Origin: a bacterium
Lineage (GTDB): Bacteria > Bacteroidota > Bacteroidia > Bacteroidales > F082
Reading direction: 5' to 3'
DNA: 64,000 nucleotides
Assembly (NCBI GenBank): GCA_036244975.1
Contig: BTTE01000002.1
Location: 19,576-83,575 of the forward strand
In this document: positions 57,068 to 64,000 of the stretch, one piece after another
Layout of the letters: each line of letters opens with the position of its first letter
Numbering within the stretch: the stretch's first letter is position 1
Position numbers and translations under genes: made by a program
The notes under the pieces: model-generated
The model's database searches: none
What the model was told of the DNA's origin: nothing
The model's input: only the letters and a program-made list of their open reading frames with translations

Positions 57068-58372
57068 ATGATGAACCATCAGAAGAGCACGCAGGAATTT
57101 GAAAGAGCACGGAAAAGTATTCCCGGAGGAGTCAACTCGCCGGTGCGGGCTTACAAAAGTGTAGGCATGCCGCCGGTGCTGATTGATCATGCCAAAGGCG
57201 CCCGGGTTTTTGATATCGATGGCAACGAATATATCGATTTTGTCTCTTCCTGGGGCCCTTTGATTTTAGGACATGCCAGAGAGGAGATTGTGGAAGCCAT
57301 CAAAAAAACAGCGGAAAAAGGAACCTCTTTCGGCGCCCCCACGGTGATAGAAACACAAATGGCAGAGCGGATTATCGAAATGATGCCTTCGGTGGAGAGT
57401 GTGCGTATGGTCAACTCCGGAACCGAAGCCACCATGAGCGCTTTGCGCCTGTCAAGAGCTTTTACCGACAGAGAACTGGTGTTGAAATTTGAAGGGAACT
57501 ACCACGGCCATGCCGACAGTTTTCTTATCAACGCCGGCTCGGGGGCCATGACTTTCGGCGTTCCCAACAGCCCGGGTGTTACAAAAGCTACAGCCAAAAA
57601 TACGCTGGTAGCTCCTTATAATGACCTCGCAGCAGTGGAAGATTTGTTTGCCCAAACGGGTGATAAAATCGCCGCCATTATTGTGGAGCCGGTGGTTGGC
57701 AACATGGGGGTGGTGCTTCCACAGAAAGGTTTTCTCGAAGGCCTGCGCGAAATCACCCGTAAATATGGCGCTCTGCTAATTTTTGATGAAGTTATCACCG
57801 GATTCCGCTTGTCCAAAGGCGGCGCTCAGGAACTTTTCGGCATTGCACCCGACCTGACCACCATGGGGAAAATTATCGGTGGCGGACTGCCGGTGGGTGC
57901 TTACGGCGGACGGAAAGAAATTATGGAAAAGCTGGCTCCGGAAGGGCCGGTTTACCAAGCCGGAACACTTTCGGGAAATCCGCTGGCCATGGCTGCCGGA
58001 CTCACAGCGCTGAATATTTTGAACGACAACCCGGAAATTTATAGCCGGCTGGAACAAAAAGCTGTTAAACTGGCTGAGGGATTTCGGAAAAATATTGCCG
58101 AAACAGGTACCAAAGCGCTGGTCAACCAAATCGGATCTTTGCTAACGTTGTTTTTCAACGATGGCCGGCAGGTAACCTCTTATGCTGAAGCAGCTGCTTC
58201 TGACACAGAAAAGTTTGCCGAATATTTCAGACTTTCGCTGGAAAGCGGGATTTATCTTGCGCCTTCGCAATTTGAGTGCGGCTTTGTCTCGGATGCCCAC
58301 ACGGATGCCGACATCGATTATGCTATTAAAGCCAACCGGGAAGCTTTGATAAAAATGAAAAAAAACAATTAA
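57068..58372 (+). CDS. hemL: glutamate-1-semialdehyde 2,1-aminomutase
   Basis: 434 aa. [12 protein letters not shown]-terminus and PLP-lysine motif [14 protein letters not shown]. Confidence 0.95.
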   Translation: MMNHQKSTQEFERARKSIPGGVNSPVRAYKSVGMPPVLIDHAKGARVFDIDGNEYIDFVSSWGPLILGHAREEIVEAIKKTAEKGTSFGAPTVIETQMAERIIEMMPSVESVRMVNSGTEATMSALRLSRAFTDRELVLKFEGNYHGHADSFLINAGSGAMTFGVPNSPGVTKATAKNTLVAPYNDLAAVEDLFAQTGDKIAAIIVEPVVGNMGVVLPQKGFLEGLREITRKYGALLIFDEVITGFRLSKGGAQELFGIAPDLTTMGKIIGGGLPVGAYGGRKEIMEKLAPEGPVYQAGTLSGNPLAMAAGLTALNILNDNPEIYSRLEQKAVKLAEGFRKNIAETGTKALVNQIGSLLTLFFNDGRQVTSYAEAAASDTEKFAEYFRLSLESGIYLAPSQFECGFVSDAHTDADIDYAIKANREALIKMKKNN

Positions 58373-58373
58373 A

Positions 58374-58520
58374 GGGGTTGAGAAGACGTTAAGTTCGAGG
58401 CTTTCGAAGTGCAGAATTTCAGGAGTCCCGACAGTATCAGTCGGGATGACTGGATTTCTGTACGAGAGTAACAGCTTGTCCCGCTTTAAGCGGGAAAGAA
58501 ATTGACGTTTTCTTAACCCC
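58374..58520 (+). repeat. structured intergenic element, copy E2 (147 nt) in the hemL-hemE spacer
   Basis: 16-bp closing helix 58374-58389 / 58505-58520 (14 Watson-Crick pairs plus 2 G:U pairs that exist only on the plus-strand RNA). It encloses hairpins at 58394-58408, 58412-58460 and 58479-58495. The ends resemble those of copies E1 and E3. Confidence 0.65.
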
Positions 58521-58538
58521 GGAATAAAAAGGAAAAAG

Positions 58539-59561
58539 ATGACTTCACTGTTTTTGGATACATTGAAAGGGAAATCCACTTCCCGCCCGCCGGTGTGGTA
58601 CATGCGACAGGCAGGCCGTGTGCTACCTTCCTATCTGAAAATCAAGGAGAAGTACACTTTCTGGCAACTCATGAAAGACCCGAAGCTTGCTGCGGAAGTT
58701 ACGTTGCTTCCCGTCAGTGACCTTGGTGTGGATGCGGCCATTTTGTTTTCGGACATACTGGTGATTCCTTACGCCATGGGTATGGGGCTGGATTTTACCG
58801 ATCGGGGGCCGGTTTTTGAAAAGCCATTGAAAAGTTGGGATAATCCGGTGGAAATGATGAAGCCGGAACCGGAAAAACTAAATTATATCTACGATGCCAT
58901 CGAGCAGGTGAAAAAAGTCCGCCCGGAAAATATTCCGCTGATTGGTTTTTGCGGGGCACCTCTTACCGTACTGAGTTTTATGTTGCAGGGACTGGGCAGT
59001 CGTTCCGATTTCTCGGATGCTGTGAAATGGATGTTTGCTCATCCGGGCAATTTGCTGCTGCTGGTGGATGCCGTTACCGAAATGACGCTGGTTTATGTCA
59101 AAAACCAAATCAAACACGGCATAGATGTTTTTCAGCTTTTCGAAACCAATGCCGGGCTGATACCCAACGATTTTTACCGGCAGGTATTTCTTCCTTCAGT
59201 GGAAAAAATCGCTGCGGTCGTTCGCGACGAAGGGGTTCCATTTATTTTTTTCCCGAAAGGAATTGGCAACGGGCTGCAAATGCTGGGTCCTCAACATGCC
59301 GATTTCATCAGTGTGGACTGGCTGACGCCAATGGCCAGGGCAAGAGAAATATTAGATGACAGCATTGGGTTACAGGGTAACCTGGATCCGCGGGTGTTGT
59401 TTGCGGACAAAAAAACCATAGAAGAAGAGCTGAAAAAATATTTGGATTTCGGACGGAAACATCAAAACTGGATTTTCAACCTCGGACACGGCTTTCTGTC
59501 CGAAACACCATTTGAAAACGCCCGCTTTGTGACGAACTGGATAAAAGAACAGCAATGGTAA
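58539..59561 (+). CDS. hemE: uroporphyrinogen decarboxylase
   Basis: 340 aa. Signature PPVWYMRQAGR near the N-terminus. Confidence 0.93.
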   Translation: MTSLFLDTLKGKSTSRPPVWYMRQAGRVLPSYLKIKEKYTFWQLMKDPKLAAEVTLLPVSDLGVDAAILFSDILVIPYAMGMGLDFTDRGPVFEKPLKSWDNPVEMMKPEPEKLNYIYDAIEQVKKVRPENIPLIGFCGAPLTVLSFMLQGLGSRSDFSDAVKWMFAHPGNLLLLVDAVTEMTLVYVKNQIKHGIDVFQLFETNAGLIPNDFYRQVFLPSVEKIAAVVRDEGVPFIFFPKGIGNGLQMLGPQHADFISVDWLTPMARAREILDDSIGLQGNLDPRVLFADKKTIEEELKKYLDFGRKHQNWIFNLGHGFLSETPFENARFVTNWIKEQQW

Positions 59562-59582
59562 AGTAATAAAAAAAGAGAAAAT

Positions 59583-60953
59583 ATGAACCTGAATATTTTC
59601 AAAAAATATAACAAACCCGGCCCACGCTACACGAGCTACCCGCCGGCCACCTTCTTCAAAAACGGTTTCACCACGGAGCAGTTCGTCGAACAGATTATCC
59701 GCTCTAACGACGATGAGCCACAAAACATGTCGTTCTACGTACATATTCCTTTCTGCCCCAGACTTTGTCATTTTTGCGGTTGCAACACCGGTATTTCCCA
59801 AAGAGAAGAAGTCATCCGGCACTATGTGAACGCTGTGATAATCGAAATTGAGAATGTTGCAAAACATCTCGACAAAACCCGGAAAGTCAGCCAGATACAC
59901 TGGGGCGGCGGCACCCCGAATTCTATTAAACTAAATTATGTGGAAGAAATTATGGCCGCTTTTCGAAAGCATTTTCAATTTGTTGAAAAGCCCGAAATTG
60001 CCATAGAATGTCATCCGGCTTATCTGGAGTATGAGGATATCGACCGTTTGGCGGCAGCCGGATTCAACCGTCTGAGTCTCGGCGTGCAGGATTTTGATGA
60101 GGAAGTCTTAAAACTGGTCAACCGTGCCGCTTCAAAATATCCGGTGAAAGATTTGGTGCATTATCTGAAGGAGAAAGGTTTCCGGGGGGTTAACCTGGAT
60201 ATGATTTACGGACTTCCGGGACAGACCAAGGAGAGTTTTGCCCGCAATATTCGAAAAACCATTGATGTCTCGCCCGACAGGCTGGCCACCTTCTCGTATG
60301 CTCATGTGCCATGGGTAAAAGCTGCTCAGAAAATTCTGGAAAAACGCGGATTACCTACGCCGGATGAAAAACTTCAAATGTTTGAAGTCGGCCATAATCT
60401 GCTTACCAAAGCCGGTTATGTTGCCATCGGGATGGATCATTACGCCAAAGTCGATGACGACCTGGCACTGGCACTTCAAAACAAAACGTTATCCCGTAAC
60501 TTCCAGGGCTATGCCACCCGCGAAACCACCGGACAGGTTTATGGTTTCGGTAGTTCATCCATCACACAGCTGTGGGGCGGTTATGTGCAAAATGTGAAAA
60601 CATCGCAACAATATGTGCAGGAAATCGAAGCCCACGGACTGGCACCGGACAAAGCCTACCTTATGACTGATGATAACCTTGTGGTACGCGAAGTGATTGC
60701 GGAAATCATGTGTAACGGCAGGATGAATTTTGACGAGATTGGTCAGCAGTTTGATAAAACGGCAGCCGAAGTAAAAGAAATTGTAGCTTTCAAACCGGAA
60801 AAATTAAGCGAATTTTTACAGGATAACCTGGTAAGTATCAATGGAAATGAGGTGAAGGTGCACGAGGAGGGATTTTTCATCGTCCGCAACATCGCCATGG
60901 CTTTCGACCCGTTGCTGGAAACCACGGATGCCATGTACTCGAAAACAATTTGA
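59583..60953 (+). CDS. hemN: oxygen-independent coproporphyrinogen III oxidase (radical SAM)
   Basis: 456 aa. Radical-SAM cluster HIPFCPRLCHFCGCN and the HemN C-terminal domain. Confidence 0.92.
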   Translation: MNLNIFKKYNKPGPRYTSYPPATFFKNGFTTEQFVEQIIRSNDDEPQNMSFYVHIPFCPRLCHFCGCNTGISQREEVIRHYVNAVIIEIENVAKHLDKTRKVSQIHWGGGTPNSIKLNYVEEIMAAFRKHFQFVEKPEIAIECHPAYLEYEDIDRLAAAGFNRLSLGVQDFDEEVLKLVNRAASKYPVKDLVHYLKEKGFRGVNLDMIYGLPGQTKESFARNIRKTIDVSPDRLATFSYAHVPWVKAAQKILEKRGLPTPDEKLQMFEVGHNLLTKAGYVAIGMDHYAKVDDDLALALQNKTLSRNFQGYATRETTGQVYGFGSSSITQLWGGYVQNVKTSQQYVQEIEAHGLAPDKAYLMTDDNLVVREVIAEIMCNGRMNFDEIGQQFDKTAAEVKEIVAFKPEKLSEFLQDNLVSINGNEVKVHEEGFFIVRNIAMAFDPLLETTDAMYSKTI

Positions 60954-61134
60954 AAAAACAGGAAAATTTGGCATTCACAGATTTACGGTTATCATCATAA
61001 TAAATCCCAATAAGCAACTACAGCTCAGAAGTCTGTAAGGAACCTGTTTTCGTCATTGGGACATCCTAAAAAATTTTCATAACAATGTAGTATAGCTCCT
61101 GCTGTATTCCCCGGAGGGATATTTTGTTCAGGGC

Positions 61135-62430
61135 TTAAGCCAGTTTAAACGCCGTTTTCACTTTGTCCACATAGTCCAGCTCTTCCCAGGCAAAAAATTT
61201 CACCAGTTTGGTGTAAATTTTTTGTCCGTTCCGTTCTTCCTTGAAAATAGTGGTTTCGTCTTCATAAAAAACTTCCTGCTCTTCCGTTACGACATCTCTT
61301 CCGAAATGACCGTAAGAAGCGGTTCTTTCAAAAACAGGGTTTTTCAGCCCGAAACGTTTTACAATGGCAAACGGACGCATGTCGAAAACTTTTTCGGCAA
61401 CACCGGCAATTTCACTATCACCCAGAATGTTACCTTTTTCATTTTTCACTTTAGCCGTACCGTAAGTATTCACAAAGAAACCAACCGGTTTACTCACGCC
61501 AATGGCATAAGCCACCTGCACCAGTATTTGATCGGCAACCCCGGCTGCCACCATGTTTTTGGCCATGTGGCGGGCAGCATAAGCACCGGAACGGTCCACT
61601 TTGGAAGAATCTTTTCCCGAAAAGGCACCACCGCCGTGAGCACCATGGCCACCATACGTATCCACAATAATTTTTCTTCCGGTAAGTCCGGTATCCCCGT
61701 GAGGACCGCCAATCACAAATTTCCCGGTCGGGTTGACCAGTAGTTTATACCCATTGAAAAGGTATCCGGGATATCTGTCTTTAATTTTTGGAATCAGATA
61801 TTTTTCCACATCCTCTTTGATTTTCTGCTGCATGGCTTTTTCTTCATCGAAATCATCGTGCTGTGTGGAAATAAGCAGGGTATCAATCTTGATGGGCTTC
61901 CCGTCGTCGCTATACTCCAACGTTACCTGCGATTTCGAATCGGGACGCAAATAAGTCATCACTTCCCCTTCACGACGAATCTCAGCCAGCTCGTACAACA
62001 AATCGTGGGCAATTTCGGAAGTCAGCGGCATAAGTGTTTCAGTTTCGGTGGTGGCATAACCAAACATCATACCCTGATCGCCGGCCCCCTGCTCCTCTTC
62101 CGTTGCACGTTCCACACCCTGGTTAATATCAGGTGATTGCTCATGAACAGCCGATATCACGGCACACGACTTGCTATCGAACTGGTACTCTGCTTTGGTG
62201 TACCCGATTCTTTCGATGGTTTTGCGGGCAACTTGTTGTAAATCGACCCAGGCATTGGTTTTCACTTCCCCGGCGATAACCACCAGCCCGGTGCTCACCA
62301 TTGTTTCACAAGCTACTTTTGATTCAGGATCCTGGCGAAGCATTTCGTCCAGAACGGCATCCGAAATCTGATCGGCTACCTTATCGGGATGTCCTTCGGA
62401 AACAGATTCCGAAGTAAAATAATAAGACAT
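61135..62430 (-). CDS. metK: methionine adenosyltransferase (S-adenosylmethionine synthase)
   Basis: 431 aa. [30 protein letters not shown] and GGGAFSGKD signatures. Confidence 0.96.
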   Translation of the reverse strand: MSYYFTSESVSEGHPDKVADQISDAVLDEMLRQDPESKVACETMVSTGLVVIAGEVKTNAWVDLQQVARKTIERIGYTKAEYQFDSKSCAVISAVHEQSPDINQGVERATEEEQGAGDQGMMFGYATTETETLMPLTSEIAHDLLYELAEIRREGEVMTYLRPDSKSQVTLEYSDDGKPIKIDTLLISTQHDDFDEEKAMQQKIKEDVEKYLIPKIKDRYPGYLFNGYKLLVNPTGKFVIGGPHGDTGLTGRKIIVDTYGGHGAHGGGAFSGKDSSKVDRSGAYAARHMAKNMVAAGVADQILVQVAYAIGVSKPVGFFVNTYGTAKVKNEKGNILGDSEIAGVAEKVFDMRPFAIVKRFGLKNPVFERTASYGHFGRDVVTEEQEVFYEDETTIFKEERNGQKIYTKLVKFFAWEELDYVDKVKTAFKLA

Positions 62431-62582
62431 ATTTCTAATTTTTTAAATTAAACATCAAACAGTGGAGTTTGATGATTGACGGCTGGTAAAAAATTGGTTT
62501 AGCATTTTTTTATTGTGGTTGCAATCAATCAAATCCTTCCACCTAATATAATTTTTCGTTCAATGAACGCGCTGCAAAAATA
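62431..62582 (-). promoter_or_regulatory. metK promoter (-7 box at 62575-62582) and ~140-nt leader with alternative terminator / antiterminator pairings
   Basis: CAAAAATA on the plus strand is TATTTTTG on the minus strand. On the minus strand the leader ends in an 8-bp hairpin CATCAAAC/GTTTGATG (62453-62474) followed by a U-rich tract 22 nt before the ATG. An upstream segment (62522-62534) is complementary to the 5' arm region (62467-62478). Confidence 0.5.
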
Positions 62583-62583
62583 C

Positions 62584-62611
62584 AAAAACCCGTGTTAAAA
62601 ACGAGGTTTTT
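62584..62611 (-). terminator. probable terminator downstream of the GldA-like gene
   Basis: Stem AAAACC(U)CG / CGGGUUUU (7-8 bp with one bulge) followed by a U-rich tract. It abuts the metK -7 box. Confidence 0.45.
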
Positions 62612-62657
62612 CTTAGAATTACTTTATTTTAATTGACAGAAGTTATAAAGCAATGAT

Positions 62658-63581
62658 TTACCGGGTTGTATCTTTTGTAAGCTGATGAAAAATATCCTCC
62701 ATTTTTTCTTTGTTTTTTGAAAGTGAGAGGATATTTAATCCATTGGAAACGGCAAATTTGAATATCTGCTCGCGAATATCCTCTTCATTTTCAGCATGCA
62801 AAATCCACTTGGTTTCCGACAAAGTTTCCGCAAAAGCAACTCCGGGAATTTGCCTGAAACTTTCTGTTGGTACTTTCTCTTTCAGTTCGAGACGATAGCT
62901 GTTGGAAGAAGCCCCTTTACGCGAAATCAGCTCCACCTCATCATCTGCTACCACATTGCCTTTGTGGATAATCACCACGCGGTCGCAAACAGCTTCCACC
63001 TCCTGCATAATGTGTGTGGACAGCAAAATAGCTTTTTCTTTTCCCAAAGCGGAAATAACCGACCGGATACCTGTCAGTTGGTTAGGGTCCAGACCGGTAG
63101 TCGGCTCATCCAGAATCAGTACCGGCGGATCGTGAATCAACGCCTGTGCCAGTCCCACGCGGTGCCGGTAGCCTTTTGACAACGCCCCGATTTTTTTATG
63201 CTGTTCCGGCTTCAGACCGGTGAGTTCAATGACTTCGTCAACCCGTTTTTTTAAAGGAAGTCCGGCATTGTACATTTTTAAAACAAAACCAAGATACTCA
63301 CGCACATACATCTCAGGATACAACGGATTGTTTTCCGGAAGATAACCCACCAGCTTCCTGATTTTCAACGCTTCGGTTTGTACGTTCAATCCCTGAATGA
63401 AAGCCGTTCCGTCGTTCGGAGGCAGGTAAGAAGTGAGTATTTTCATCAAAGTGGTTTTGCCCGCACCATTGGGGCCGAGCAAGCCAACAACCTGACCTTT
63501 GTCAACCTCAAGATGGACGTTATCCAGCACTTTTTGATCGCCGTAAAACTTTGAAATATTTTGGATGCTGATTTCTGCCAT
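62658..63581 (-). CDS. ABC transporter ATP-binding protein, GldA-like (ABC-2 type)
   Basis: The ATG at 63581 gives MAEISIQNISKFYGDQKVL. Walker A GPNGAGKTT, signature LSKGYRHR, Walker B LILDEPTTGLD. There is no adjacent permease gene, as is typical of gldA. The upstream part of the 63791 ORF is not ABC-like. Confidence 0.8.
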   Translation of the reverse strand: MAEISIQNISKFYGDQKVLDNVHLEVDKGQVVGLLGPNGAGKTTLMKILTSYLPPNDGTAFIQGLNVQTEALKIRKLVGYLPENNPLYPEMYVREYLGFVLKMYNAGLPLKKRVDEVIELTGLKPEQHKKIGALSKGYRHRVGLAQALIHDPPVLILDEPTTGLDPNQLTGIRSVISALGKEKAILLSTHIMQEVEAVCDRVVIIHKGNVVADDEVELISRKGASSNSYRLELKEKVPTESFRQIPGVAFAETLSETKWILHAENEEDIREQIFKFAVSNGLNILSLSKNKEKMEDIFHQLTKDTTR

Positions 63582-63725
63582 AAAAGATTTTAAAATACAA
63601 ATGTAAAAAAATTGTTGGTAACGATTGGGAATTAAAAAAATTGTGATATGCCAAAAGGACCCATCTTCGTACGCCACTTTGTTTATATTTGCAATGCTTT
63701 TTTTTATCCTAAAAGATGTTCTATA

Positions 63726-64000
63726 ATGAAAAAAATACTTTTGATTTTCTTTTTCTCTTTTATGCTCCATCCTGCCATGGCACAACAACACAAAGGCAGA
63801 AGCCTGGGAAATTATACAAATTACAATAAAACTTCACAAAGTTTTATCTTTCAGACAACCCATGGCACAGCACGGGTTATTGTATTCTCTCCTACTCTTT
63901 TTAAAATCTCAGTATGGGAAAATCAGGAGAAAGAACTTCCTTCCTATGCGGTGATAGCCACCCCGCAAAAAACAAAACTCTCTTTCGCTGACAACAGCAA
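63726..64000 (+). CDS. secreted protein, N-terminal fragment (runs off the window; possibly a glycoside hydrolase N-terminal domain)
   Basis: The ATG at 63726 opens a frame with no stop to base 64000. Signal peptide MKKILLIFFFSFMLHPAMA-QQ. Assignment to a GH31-like family is only an impression from the first ~70 mature residues. Confidence 0.5.
   Translation, partial: MKKILLIFFFSFMLHPAMAQQHKGRSLGNYTNYNKTSQSFIFQTTHGTARVIVFSPTLFKISVWENQEKELPSYAVIATPQKTKLSFADNS

Noticed and set aside
62480-62574. Calling the metK leader a SAM-I (S-box) riboswitch
   Set aside because: The conserved S-box core strings are not visible. Only the expression-platform logic is supported, so the aptamer class is left open.

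Overview
This 64-kb window looks like a chromosomal segment of a Bacteroidota-type genome. Supporting signs are TAnnTTTG -7 boxes in front of many genes, no obvious Shine-Dalgarno sites, an S46 dipeptidyl-peptidase, a GldA-like ATPase, an M28 glutaminyl cyclase and a stand-alone atpDC pair. About 50 protein genes are present and most are housekeeping. They include: a partial dihydropyrimidinase; a DUF2249-RIC fusion; a CBS/CysK-like plus cystathionine gamma-lyase pair; tadA; three exopeptidases (DPP-IV S9, PepA M17, DPP7/11 S46); waaA; two MacB-type ABC efflux modules; a membrane MutS paralog; an interrupted DUF5916/CBM9 gene; a large LRR protein with a co-transcribed secreted hypothetical; pgi; ileS-dksA/traR-lspA; atpDC; a sigma-54 NtrC/NtrB pair; a nitroreductase; a glutaminyl cyclase; etfBA; an acyl-CoA dehydrogenase; an NMO/FabK-like oxidoreductase; elbB; an AT-rich accessory stretch (DUF2975 + HTH, two COG1373-type AAA ATPases flanking an OmpR-type two-component system); a contiguous heme operon hemA-C-D-B-L-E-N; metK; a GldA-like ATPase; and the start of a secreted protein. 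I found no rRNA, tRNA, CRISPR array, transposase or integrase. The unusual content is non-coding. (1) A family of about 85-150 nt structured intergenic elements with conserved ends, seen in at least three copies, each in sense orientation to its flanking genes. One copy sits inside the heme operon between hemL and hemE. (2) A dispersed family of short-word repeats (GAATGAC, GAAGTTGC, CAGCGCAGCG), confined to intergenic DNA, with exact 17-26 nt matches between distant loci. (3) A metK leader with mutually exclusive terminator and antiterminator pairings. (4) A single in-frame TGA splitting a DUF5916 gene. All similarity and structure statements come from reading by eye. No database or folding program was run.
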